A stretch of DNA of 59,554 nt, counting the filler, from Dugesia japonica (lineage: Eukaryota): NCBI GenBank assembly GCA_001938525.1. It is 6 parts of 6 records of this genome, joined end to end, with 100 filler letters (N's around TTAATTAATTAA, not from the genome) between each part and the next. Parts side by side here need not be neighbours in the genome. Positions count along the whole stretch, not along the records: positions 26,555 to 37,097 come from MQRL01639872.1; positions 37,198 to 48,537 come from MQRL01601448.1; positions 48,638 to 59,554 come from MQRL01647710.1; 3 more parts are not named here. One strand, 5' to 3'. Each line of letters begins with the position of its first letter. Position 1 is the stretch's first letter. The position numbers and the translations under genes were made by a program. Shown here piece after piece: positions 37,037 through 48,990 of the stretch. The notes beneath the pieces were generated by a model. It made no database searches. It saw nothing but the letters and a program-made list of their open reading frames with translations, and was not told the origin of the DNA.

Positions 37037-39318
37037 TTTTTTACATTATGTTATACACTAATTATAATAATAATTACAATAATAATAATAATAATAANNN
37101 NNNNNNNNNNNNNNNNNNNNNNNNNNNNNNNNNNNNNNNNNTTAATTAATTAANNNNNNNNNNNNNNNNNNNNNNNNNNNNNNNNNNNNNNNNNNNNTTA
37201 CATAAAATATCTAAATAAAAAGGGTAAAACCCCAACATATTTCTTATAATTAAGTTTTGGAGAAGTCATCTTCGTTGACGAAAAAAATTATTCTAGTTGT
37301 TTTGATTAATAAGTTATTGCTACTTCCATAAGAAAGTTTCGAAAAATAAAGAGTTAATTGATTGTAAGTTTGTGATATTTTTGAGTATTGCTTTGTTAAC
37401 TTATGTTTATTGGTTAAAAGAAATGAAGGGTTTAACTTTAAACAAAAAGTAGATATTCTAAAGTATTATTTCATGTTAATTGAATTGTTTAAGATAGTTT
37501 CTCATTTTTTCTCATAAAGAAATGTTAATACTGATAACCCGCCTGCTATTTCTTTAAAATCAAAAATAATAGAGAATCTTTGTTAATGGTATCCAATTAC
37601 ATTTGTGGTATGAAACAGCATCAAAATAAAGCTAAAATAATAAATAAAGCAAACTAAGATATAAAAAATATGTTTATTGCAAGGCATCATTTAATTTTAT
37701 ATTGATACGAAAACTTCAAAAAATATTAAGCAGTATATTTAAAAATAATGGTAAAACCATCGAAAAAGATGTATTGTAGCGAATTTTCTAAATATGTCAG
37801 AAAGCATTTTCAATTAAGATTTATTATTTTACTCACTTATTTATTCAGAAAAGTGTCTATCTCAGTCAAAAGTAAATTTTTATTTAATTCACGAGTAATT
37901 ATTAGATATGAGATTGATTTCACTAGATTACACATAGGCAAATATCAGTGTTGAATACTTTTTCTAAAAATGCGTGATAGACAGTAACTAGTTCACTGCA
38001 AATATTGACTAGTTATTTGGTGTTATTTAAATCCCTGAAATAATTTTCCGTTTCTGAAAGATTAAGCCGTGGATAAATAAGAAGAAATCCAGAAAATTAA
38101 AAAAGACATAGGATGCTGACTTAATGATTAAATAAAACCTTACTAACTATTGAAAAATTGTGACTTGCCCTATTTAATAAATATATTTGAATTATATTTT
38201 CAAATAATTTATCAGTAGAGTTAGTTTTAAAACCATTATTGAATTATTATATCTTTTTGAGAGTTATATCACTCCTATATGAAAGTAACAAAAGTGGTAC
38301 GAGTCAAAACTTCCATAATAGACGGATGGGAGTCATTGGCTCTACTAAAAATCAATCAGGTAATAATTAATTAAATTTAAGAGTATTGTGTGAGTTGTTT
38401 CTTTTTTGAAACTAATTTTTCGTGAATTTACAAAAAAATAATACCCCTGAATAGACATTTAAAAATTTTGAAAATTTTTTCCCGTAGTTACTGTTGTTGT
38501 GAATTAAGCATTTTCGGAACTGGTATGCAAAATCCAGGCTGAGTTTCTTAGATTTTTAAAGACTCCAGTAATTAACAGAGTTTTATATTAGTGAATAAAA
38601 TAAAGTCAAAAGCTTATTTCTGAATCAGAGATATATTTAATGTGTCAATTGATTCTTACAGCAAATAACAATTATTAAAAAATGTAAACATACAATAACC
38701 TATTTATAACTCAGTATTTTACAACTGAGTTTCCAACTAACACGCTAGATTATTTGTTGACTTAAATAAATAAATAGTGCGGAACTTTGTTTGGGAACTC
38801 TATTTTAAGCTTTTTAAGTATATTTCATACAACACAGTTATAAATAATTCGACATTTTATTGAACCGATATCTATGATGGATATTTATGCAAAAAACATA
38901 TTGATAAGCGAATCATTGTATAAATATAATTAACATAAATTCAAATTTAGATAAAAAAAATTACAGTACATACTTCATTCGCGATTTCTTTCTAAAAAAT
39001 TTTGGAATTTTGAAATTAGAAAAAATAGTATTTTTTTTACAAAGAATCGATCAAAATTTCCAAATGTTACTTAATTAATGTATGATATAGGTTATTATTA
39101 ATACCTGAAAATTTTTCATTTCTAAAATCACAAATACTAAATTTACTGTACAATTTACTGTAAATTACTAAATTTAAGAACAAGTTAATTATCCTAAATT
39201 GATATTTATTCATTTGTTTAATTATTAAATTAATTAACGCATTTAAATTTAATTATATTGTAATTTGGCGAATTTTNATAATTTATTATTGCAATTATTA
39301 AATTTTATATACTGTATA

Positions 39319-42300
39319 ATGCTAAAGTATCACATATACAAGCATTTATGTACTGTAAGAATTATCTTAAAATGTTTATAATTCAATATTTTTAATAGAA
39401 CCGTTCACTTTTGACATCATTTGTTAAAATGTATTCATCAGTAGCAATTCCAAAAACAGAAGTAACTAGTTTACCTAATAACTTTCGAGTGGTATCAGAA
39501 AATTGGAATTCAAGAACTTCGACTGTTATTTTCCAGCATCATTTTTTATTTTATAAATATCTTAGGTTGGTGTGTGGGTTGATGCTGGAAGTCGGTATGA
39601 AACTCCTGAAAATAATGGATCTGCCCACTTTCTTGAACATATGGCCTTTAAAGGTACAAATAAAAGAACTCAAAATTCATTGGAACTTGAAGTGGAAAAC
39701 ATGGGTGCCCATTTAAATGCATATACTTCTCGAGAAATGACAGTTTTCTATGCTAAATGTCTCAATAAAGACATTGAATGGGGTATAATGAGTTTATATT
39801 TGTATTGATAATTAATGAAAAGTATTAAGCTGTTGAATTGTTGTCCGATATTGTGAAAAATAGCAAATTAAAAGATGACTTAATTGAAAAAGAAAGAGCA
39901 GTTATTTTAAGAGAAATGGAAGTGAGGTTAACTTTTTCTAAATATTTTACTTTTCTATGGATTATTTAAGTTTTAACGATACCTTTAACGAATTTTACAG
40001 GAAATAGAAAGCACTTATCAAGAAGTCGTGTTTGATCATTTACACGCTACTGCGTTTCAAGGTTCGACGTTAGGTCAAACAATTCTCGGAAGTGAAAATA
40101 ATATCAAATCATTAAATCGCGGAGATTTGAAAACGTTTATCAATACGCATTACGTGAGCCCGAAAATGATTCTCACAAGTGTGGGTGGTGTCGAACATAA
40201 ACAAATGGTTACTATAGCGAATAAATATTTCGGAGATCTATCGGGAGGATCAGGTGAACGAAATATTCCTCCGAGTCGTTACACAGGATCAGATTTCAGA
40301 CAGCGTAACGATCGGATGCATCAAGCGTATATAGCTGTGGCATGTAAAGGACCCGGTTGGATTCATGCCGATACGTTGGCACTGATGATTGCCTGCTCAA
40401 TCAATGGATCCTGGGATCGTAGTCATCCAACTATGGGCCCATCAACCAGCCAGTTGGGACAATCGTTTTTTGCGTCGGGCAATGTGCACAATTTTCAGAA
40501 CTTCTTCACATGTTATCACGATACATCTCTTTGGTGAGTGATTTATTTGTCAAATCTGTATCAAACTCAAATGCTTTTATACAATTCTTTATTTTTTCTT
40601 CTTTGTTTTTTTAATCTCGTTTATCGATTCATTCCCGTAAGAACTGTTCTTCTCTGTTGAGTTTTCACATATTCTCTACCAACTAATTCTTTATTTCTCG
40701 TAAAATTTTAATAATTTTTCTAATTTTATAACAAGTTTTTATTTTTACAATGCTTGATATTTGTTTGTGTTGCGAACATTTCATGATTAATTACGATTTT
40801 AATCAATTAAAATAATTGACCAATCAGAGGAATACAATAATATTTTTGTAATTTTTATAGAAATATTAGAATAATTTTGTTTTATTTCGCTTCTCTTTTC
40901 TTTCTATCTTGATTGGTTTATCTATCTTCAATCTCTTCCTATGATTATTGACACTCTGAGGGGGGTGCTTACCGGGCATTGTTCATCTATCCCGGTTCAT
41001 GAGGGTCTTTACGGTAACCCGTTTGCTCAGTGACGATTGATTCTGTTACAAATGACAAACCGACATGGTTACACTATACGTTAATTTGAGTTATAACATT
41101 TATACATCAGGGCGATCCTGATGACGCAATCGGTTCTGGAGCTACCTTCTTCATCTCGAACGTTTTCCATAATGTTCTTACATTTCCGATTACGATTGCT
41201 TCTCTGTAGGAATAGCATTTAATTATTTCTATAATCATTCCACCTTTACCGACTCATGCCTACTCGATCTCACAATATCAACACTTTCTTCTTTAGCGGG
41301 TTATATTTTCCTCCTTTACTTCTGACTTCTCAGGAATAATTTAATGGAATACCAATTGAAAGCCCGCCCGGTTTATTTGTAATTTTTCTACGTTTATTCC
41401 ACAGTTTCAATGCGATTTAACAAGTGTATTTCACGCAGGGGGTCTATTGGTCATGTGAAGCTAACGGTTTATGGACCATACATTAAGGACGCCCAAAAAA
41501 ATAGCACTTTTTGAGTCCCCCTCCCCATTGTCCCTTTATGTCCATTTCCAGAACCCCCATATTGCTAACACGTGCCCCCTTTGTGGAGACCCCCTCTTCT
41601 TAGGGGACGTGCTTAATGGGTGGTCCTTTAAAGAAAACCATTGATTGCTATTAATTAAGAATGGCAAAGTAATAGAAAGAGCTAAAAATATTTTGTTGAT
41701 TTGGTTGATCTGCTCCTGAGGATATTTAATTGATTGTTATTTCATGCTAGTTTATGTCTTTTTTATTTATTATGTTCCCCAAAATTTTCTATTAATAGTT
41801 TGCCACCATTCTTCTTTTATAACAAGTTTTTATTTTTCCAATGCTTGTGTTCCGAACATTTCATGATTAATTACGTTTTTAGCCAATTAAAACAATTGAC
41901 CAATCACAAGTTCATTACTAATTTTTTATTCTTTAATAAAAATATTTGAATAATTTAAATACCAATTGAAAGCCTTTAGAGCTTTCCCTGTTATTTATCT
42001 CTCTTCACTAACTGTTTCAATGTGATTTAACGATTATTTCACAGGGGCATCTATTTGTCATGTGAAGGTAACGGCTTAAAGGAAACGATTGATACGATTA
42101 TTAAAGAATGGCAAAGAATTTGTATGAATGTAACGACTGAAGAAATAGAAAGGGCTAAAAATAATTTGAAAACTAATATATTGTTGCAATTGGATGGTAC
42201 AACTTCAGTTTGTGAAGAGATTGGTCGGCATATGATTACATACGGACGCCGAATACCACCAGACGAATTTCTTCACAGAATAGAAGTGATTTTTTTTCTT

Positions 42301-42471
42301 TTACCAGGAAATTGTTTCGATGTCATATTTTTGTTATAGTTGATAACTGCAGATGATGTGAGAGAAGTTTGTTCGAAATATATCAGAAATCAGAATCCAT
42401 CGGTGGCATCAATCGGACCGGTCGGTGGTCTTCCCGACTATGAGTATATTAAAAATAAATTTTATTGGTAA
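39319..42471 (+). CDS. PMPCB: Mitochondrial-processing peptidase beta subunit (M16 family); exons 39319-39354, 39399-39524, 39566-39782, 39830-39921, 40001-40533, 42045-42285, 42340-42471
   Basis: [12 protein letters not shown], intact HFLEH zinc motif, [50 protein letters not shown]. All junctions are GT-AG and in frame. Exon 1 is the least certain. Confidence 0.92.
41347..41700 (+). pseudogene. Duplicated, decayed copy of the intron 5 end and the start of PMPCB exon 6
   Basis: cag|ggggtctattggtcatgtgaagctaacggttta..aagaaaaccattgattgc..aagaatggcaaag matches cag|gggcatctatttgtcatgtgaaggtaacggcttaaaggaaacgattgat (42041 onward). Confidence 0.85.
41472..41627. mobile_element. PIF/Harbinger-like MITE
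   Basis: TIR (t/a)GGACCA..CATTAAG.ACG; 3-bp TSD TTA confirmed by the empty site in the functional exon 6. Confidence 0.8.
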
Positions 42472-43868
42472 TAAATATTTCGGATGAAAAATTTTTCAAT
42501 TAAGAAAAATGTTCAATAGTTTTTCCTTATTTTTAATATGATTGTTAAAATTTATATATNNNNNNNNNTTCTATCCAGGTAAGTCAGTTTTCTAGGGGTT
42601 ATTTACTGTCAAGAATTTTTCTGGAAAGTATCCGATGACTTGAAACTCACTCCTTTGGTTCAATTTTCACGATTCTCTATTTTACACTTTTCTTTCTGAT
42701 TAACAGCCGAGCTGAAGAATCGATTGACATCCCAGTGTGCTTTTCATTCATATTATTGCATGTTCATATATTCCTCACAATTGTACTGTCTTCTTCATAG
42801 TATATTGAATTATTAGCACATCATATTTCGTTCTATGAAATCTGAACTCGTTGATAGATTTCATCGTACATAACTTTATTTAATAGACTTCACAGAAATT
42901 TGCTGTATGATTTTTTCTAAGTGAAATTTTTTATTATCATGTGTTTCCGGTGATTATTTAAGTCCAAGAGTAATTGGTACAGACTCTTGTATTCATGTCA
43001 CGTTATACTTCTTGATTTTTCTAGAATCTTTATTCTTATTTCTTTGATTTAGCATGAAAATAATTCTGCTTGAGGTTTCTTCTTTGGTGATAATGTATTC
43101 TATTTGTTGAAGAAAAACAGGGTAACGAGTAAATATTAGGAAATTTCATAAATGGAATATTAAATAACTTTCTAAAAACAAAAATAGGAACAATATATCG
43201 GATAAAACTAAGAAAATATCATGAATTTATAAAAATAAACGGAGACAAGGATTAATGTGAAAATAAAGAGTCACAGAAAGTCATAGGAGTTTGAAGTAGA
43301 ATTAATAAAAAAAGAGTGATATTGGGGTTGATATATTTAAAAAGAACTACGAAAATGATTAAATTTAAAGGTCACAAGTAATTTAGTATATATTATTTTT
43401 TTGTAAAAATTGATAAGTTTACTCGACTTGAGTTAAATATTTAATACTATTAGATTTCATGGATGTGATTTTTCTTCGAAGTTGGATTTAAGTTATATAT
43501 TAAAACAATTTTAAATGGTTAAAAACACTTGATTTTAATATTTATTAATTTAATCCTAAATGGCATGAATGCAGTTTTTCATGGAAAATCATTTAAAAAA
43601 ATTTAATTTTAAAATACATCAAAATTATTGTTTTTTTAAAATTGTAATCTTCTTATTTAAACTGTTTTAATAATGTTATTTATTTTAGCAATAATTTGAA
43701 ATTTAAGTATTATAATTTAGATTAAACTTTAAATAAAATCTGACTAAAATTATTTAATTCTTTAAAGTTTGTCATTAAACTATTATAACTTTATTAGTCA
43801 GGTCTTACCAAAAAATTGAAGAAATAAAAGTATATTATTAAATACCTTTAATTTTATAAGTATTTTAA

Positions 43869-44816
43869 ATGGAACCAGCATTATTATTTATTGGTTCTCA
43901 ATATGATATTACCTGCGTTTTTATGACGAAGAATGATTTATATTCAGGTGATACAAATGGATATGTTATTAAGTGGGATTTTGAGTCTAGGCGTTCAGAC
44001 TTGAAATGGAAAGCTCATAGCAAACATATTTTAAGTATTGAGTATTTAAATAGCAAACATCAAGTTGTTACTCATGGTAGAGATGGATTTATAAAATTTT
44101 GGATGAGAACAGATAATAAGTTTGTGGAAGTTAATCGTACCGAATCAAATCAATTCAGCTTTTGTCGAATGGCATTGTATCACGCAGAATTCAATGAAGT
44201 AGAGTTGATTTGTAATACTTTAGATGATGAGGATCACACCTTAGAAATAATTGAATATCCAAAAGACGTAATTACACATAATCTATATTCAAAGCCATCT
44301 GTAGATCTACCTATAACAAGTTATGGAATGGTAATGTGTGTTTGTATATTAGACATAGAATTNNNNNNNNNNNNNNNNNNNNNNNNNNNNNNNNNNNNNN
44401 NNNNNNNNNNNNNNNNNNNNNNNNNNNNNNNNNNNNNNGATTGTATTATTTGTATGGCTATCAACAAAGAACGATTAATAATAGTGGGAACTCCTGAATC
44501 GGAGTTGAATGCGCTTAAAATAGACGACGAATGCAACAAAATAATTGAAATTAAAAAAATTTCATTAAAAAACGCTGGAATCAGTTCAATTGTATTTAGA
44601 CAAGATGGCAAAATATTTGCTACAGCTGGATGGGATGGATTGATCCGAGTGTTTTCCAGTAAATCATTTAAGCAATTAGTAGTACTGAAATGGAATATTG
44701 ATTATAGAAATAACGAAAAACCAACTCATCTAGCATTAGCTTTTAATAATGAGAATTATTTATTATCGGGATCCGATGATAAGATTATTTGTTTTTGGGA
44801 TGTATTTCGGAAATAA
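43869..44816 (+). CDS. GNB1L: WD40-repeat protein, GNB1L/ASA1-like; apparently single exon (internal N gap)
   Basis: 315-aa frame with VTHGRDGFIKFW, FSFCR, YGMVMC, GISSIVFRQDGKIFATAGWDGLIRVFSSKSFKQLVVL, LLSGSDDKIICFWDVF. Confidence 0.8.
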   Translation: MEPALLFIGSQYDITCVFMTKNDLYSGDTNGYVIKWDFESRRSDLKWKAHSKHILSIEYLNSKHQVVTHGRDGFIKFWMRTDNKFVEVNRTESNQFSFCRMALYHAEFNEVELICNTLDDEDHTLEIIEYPKDVITHNLYSKPSVDLPITSYGMVMCVCILDIEXXXXXXXXXXXXXXXXXXXXXXXXXXDCIICMAINKERLIIVGTPESELNALKIDDECNKIIEIKKISLKNAGISSIVFRQDGKIFATAGWDGLIRVFSSKSFKQLVVLKWNIDYRNNEKPTHLALAFNNENYLLSGSDDKIICFWDVFRK

Positions 44817-45445
44817 TTTTCAATGAAATAAAATTGTGTAAATTAATGATCTCAATTACTTGATTATCGAAGAGAAATTGAAAATAAACTTATTTTTAAA
44901 TTAGTTNNNNNNNNNNNNNNNNNNNNNNNNNNNNNNNNNNNNNNNNNNNNNNNNNNNNNNNNNNNNNNNNNNNNNNNNNATTACTATGTTTTTATAGTTA
45001 TATTAATGCAGAAACTGAACCAATTTTTGAAAAACCAAAATTTTGCTATATAAGCAATTTTTATTATAATTAGTTTAGTCAAGTTGAGACCAATCTGTCG
45101 ATTCCATGATTTCATTCTCGCTGCTACTACTCTGAAGACTGAATTGTATAATTGAATGTGGGGAATGTTATTTTCTTCCGTAGAGCAGTCAGCTAATTTT
45201 CACCTGACGTAAACAAATGTTAAAATGAATTTTGAATTAATGATTGTAGGATCTCATTCCATGGTTGAATGGTTAAATGTGCCTCATACTTTAAATTAAT
45301 TATTTTTAAAGTGAAAACTGTTGAAGCTGTTTATTGGTTTTCAGATAAATAAGGCGGTGTAGTATGGAGGCGGTTTCTGTTGTGTTATTTCTGTGATTTG
45401 ATCACATTTTGACCCAGCATTTGCAACAAATAGATCATCTATATA

Positions 45446-46705
45446 CAGTAAAGCTCCTAACCGCCAAATAAGGGACCTAACAAAAACTATAGCAAAATAT
45501 TAACAAAATACATTTTTTTCTAATGATCCAATTATATAAAGTAACCTGAGTCTTATTTTCTTCTAAAGCTTTACTAATTCCATTTATTCCAATTTAAATT
45601 TAAATAATTTTTTCAAAAAATAAGATTAAAATGAATAATTAAAATAAACCAATAAAAATCAGATAAAATCTAAAGAATTGAGTAACAAAGATCTATTGTA
45701 TTGAATATCTCAAGAAGCCAACATGTTCCAGAAGAAGACTATTGTCGAAAATTTGAACTTTTTTACAAATAAATTTTACTTTGAAGTTTTTCTTTATTTT
45801 AATGAAATCTCAAATGCGATCAATGGTTAAGTCCAACAATTATTCTCTCAATAATTGTAATTATAAAATTTTTAACTGTTTGAAAGGCTAAATAGCACAT
45901 TTTTTTTAAACATACTTAGTTTCATCTTCTTGTATATCTGTTATATCGTTAGAACTGTTTTCACCAGAATCAATTTTCGCTGACTTCTTAATATCATAAT
46001 TATCATATTCATCAAATTCAAAATGCATAAATTAATTTTTATCAGTGGCGTAGCCAGGAATAAATAAAGAAGGGGGTTTAAATTTTTGTCAAAATTTTTG
46101 TTTTCGTTTACTAACATAAAACTACAAAGACGCCAAATATAAAATAATGACCTTATTAGCTGATTCTTTACAGTATGGGGACAACGTATGGAACATCAGA
46201 AAAAATTAATAATTATAGTGTACTGAGAGTACAGAGTACAGACAGGTGTCACAGAATTGCTGTAAATAAATTAATAAAATAATAATAATACTAATAAAAA
46301 GAGAATAAAGTAGGAAAAACCATTTTTATATAACAATTGTTTTGTTTTTTTATTATTTAAGTGAATAATCTTTTTTAGGCACATGAAGTTGCATCAAAAT
46401 GAATTTTTAATCCCCTTAACCCCACTTTGGCTACGCCACTGATTTTTATCCATAGAATCTTCCACATTAGCTATAAAATCATCATAGACATCAATTTCAC
46501 TATTTTCAATTTTAGATGGAGTTTCATGTACTTTTGGCATGGACCATTTTNCATGCTTAAAACAATTTGCAATGCTTATTACAGTAATTTCTTGCCAAGA
46601 AAAATGAATAAAACATATAGCATCTTTAATAGTAATTTTTTTATAAACACTAAATGTATCTTCTCCACTCTCCACCTTTTCACATAACTTCTTATCTATA
46701 AACAA
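45446..46705 (-). mobile_element. Pogo/Tigger-like transposase 3' remnant
   Basis: KKITIKDAICFIHFSWQEITVISIANCFKH (TIGD/CENP-B DDE C-terminal motif), acidic tail, and a TA-CAGT terminus at 45444-45449. Confidence 0.65.
46043..46441. mobile_element. MITE with CAGTGGCGTAGCCA TIRs (hAT-like), nested in the Tigger remnant
   Basis: Perfect 14-bp TIR and perfect 8-bp TSD ATTTTTAT (46035-46042, 46442-46449). Confidence 0.9.
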
Positions 46706-46719
46706 TACTCGATTGAATG

Positions 46720-47425
46720 CATTTCTTCCGCGTGCATTGGTTGTAATAAATGAGACATCTAGATTTTTCTTAACAAAGTGATGGATTGTAATCTCAATGA
46801 ATTTTTGATAGCGAGCATTTAAGTCGGGTTCTCAGTCAACTGTGAACAGAACAATGTGATTGATTACCTTTTCTCTTTCATCTCTGATGATTGTGTCAAA
46901 TTCAACAAATTCAATAGTCTATCAAAGTCTAAGTAATGAGCAAAAGCAGAAGATGATGAATGCTTCCATGATCAAATTGCAATATAAGTTTTGATCCGAA
47001 TAGTTTACAGCTTCCAGTTTTTCCCAATGCAAATTCCAGTATAGATTGATGGGATAAATTTGTGTTTGGCTGAAACAACCCAATTATGGTTTGCTAACCT
47101 GACTCCGTATTACAAATACCTGAGCAATAGCACCTGTTTATTCTCTGCTGTCAATATTATTGGAACCCGTGCTTAATCATCCTGGATAATGAAACATACT
47201 TCATAAGGTCTGAGCACTGATGATAATTCTTCCAAATGTCTCAATGTGGCTGTGTAGAATGTTTTATTGATGTGTTTGGAGTGGGAGTCATCCTGGGAAC
47301 AAATTAGCTTGACTGATACTGTGTAAATTTGTCTTTTTCTTTTTAATGTAAAACTTCGTCTTGGCAAAAATCGAGTTATAACGATGTTCCGGCAGACATG
47401 GAATCCATTAGTAATAAGTTACTCA
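46720..47425 (-). mobile_element. Decayed DDE transposase, tentatively Zator-like
   Basis: TVSVKL..SHSKH..LEELSSVL..CFIIQDD*ARVPIILTAENKQ..VRLANHNWVV..HKFIPSIY resembles the SQDDKARVPIG..PDHDWVV..HKLIPSVY transposase family. The superfamily name is tentative. Confidence 0.55.
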
Positions 47426-47436
47426 GTCAATATATC

Positions 47437-48300
47437 TGTTGGGGTGAAACACCCAGTAGAATGAGAAATCAAAGGGAGTCAATAAACAGCCACCATCAAA
47501 ACAAAAATAGTGTCACGGGAGGAAATAGAAAATCAAACAAGAAGAATCGGGATAACATTAATAAAAAGAATTGAAAGACTTAAATGATTAAATCAAACGG
47601 GATAAATTATATAATCGGAGAAATTAATAAAATTAATAAAGAAAATGGCTAACAAAAAAAGAAAATAATTACAAAAATAACCATTAATTTAAGCGAAAAA
47701 TTAATTAAAATTGAGACAAAATCCGTTTTAACCGAATAACTTCGCTCACAGAATTCGGAAAGAACCCGGACAAGAAAATATGAGAAGAGAACAACAAGAC
47801 GCATTGAAAATGCTAAAAGAAGAAAACTTACCACCGTTCCAAAGGTTGCTGCAGGGTCCTGAAGATCGGGCCAATAAGAATCCTAAAAAAAAAATAAAAC
47901 AAAGACACAATTGCCAGGTGTCTCTCTAAAAATAGCTGCCAATCATGGCACCAAAACTTGAAGAAAATTGTAGAAAATTGACGATGAAACCAATGAAATC
48001 AAAAAAAGGCTGATCTAAAAATAATCAGCAAATCTAGAAAAAGTCGGGGTGTAAGTCAAATCCTATAAAAGGACCCCTGTTTTTAGCAGAAAAACAACAA
48101 CTATTTTTACAACTCACGAAAACAAATTTTACACCGATTCTCAACATACAACTCAAAAGTATTCACTAATCAATTATCGGACTCGCGTTAAGTTACAAGA
48201 AAATATTATCCGTCAAGAAGGATTCACTTACAGGAGGAAAATTTCTAGTAATTTCTAAATAATTGAATATCAATTAATCTTATTTCAAGGATAAGTAAAA
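47437..48300 (+). mobile_element. LTR-like repeat (TGTTGGGGTGAAACACCC family); a further copy starts at 48433
   Basis: TG-start motif at 47437 and 48433; TATAAAAGG at 48064; collinear with 24280-25184 (minus). Confidence 0.65.
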
Positions 48301-48689
48301 TAATCAGCAGAACCTAGACAAGAAAAATTATTTCTCCGAGGAAACCATTCTTATCAGTTACTACCGATTGCCAGCACTGTTGCAGAAACCCTCTAATTAA
48401 TATCGAAAAGTAAAATTTTATTTTTATGATTATGTTGGGGTGAAACACCAGATTAAGGCAAATTAATGGCGTAAGTAGATACGAAATTCCAAAGATCTAC
48501 ATAAGAAAAGAGAATGAAGAATTCGGACCCAGAAAGGNNNNNNNNNNNNNNNNNNNNNNNNNNNNNNNNNNNNNNNNNNNNTTAATTAATTAANNNNNNN
48601 NNNNNNNNNNNNNNNNNNNNNNNNNNNNNNNNNNNNNATGATATTTATAATAAATATACGTAAATATATAATAAATTTCAAGTAAATTA

Positions 48690-48990
48690 TCATATGTTCA
48701 AAAAGGTTTCCTTGCACTGCATGACATCTTCTTAACCGTGAAATCCATTTTTCTGTTGAAGTTCAAAGTGGGGATAGTGTAATGTTATTCCAGGCGTCTA
48801 CCAAGATGAATTTCAGTTTATCAATTGTATTCGTATTGGGACAATTTTTTGTGTCTCTATTAGTAACAAACTTCAGATTTCATCACATTCATATCTGTAC
48901 TGTTAGAAGATCAATGTTCTGTTTCAATAAAATTTGGAAAAGCATTTTAAAGGAAGTCAACCGTAGTCCTGGCAGTATGGGCTCTTGAGC
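48690..48990 (-). mobile_element. Tc1-like transposase C-terminal remnant
   Basis: ..PNTNTIDKLKFILVDAWNNIT..ARKPF resembles the Tc1 C-terminal 'L...L...W..I' segment. Confidence 0.4.

Noticed and set aside
38053-38074. 22-nt similarity to the 18S 5' region (tctgaaagattaagccgtggat)
   Set aside because: Too short, has 3 mismatches and no flanking rRNA similarity.
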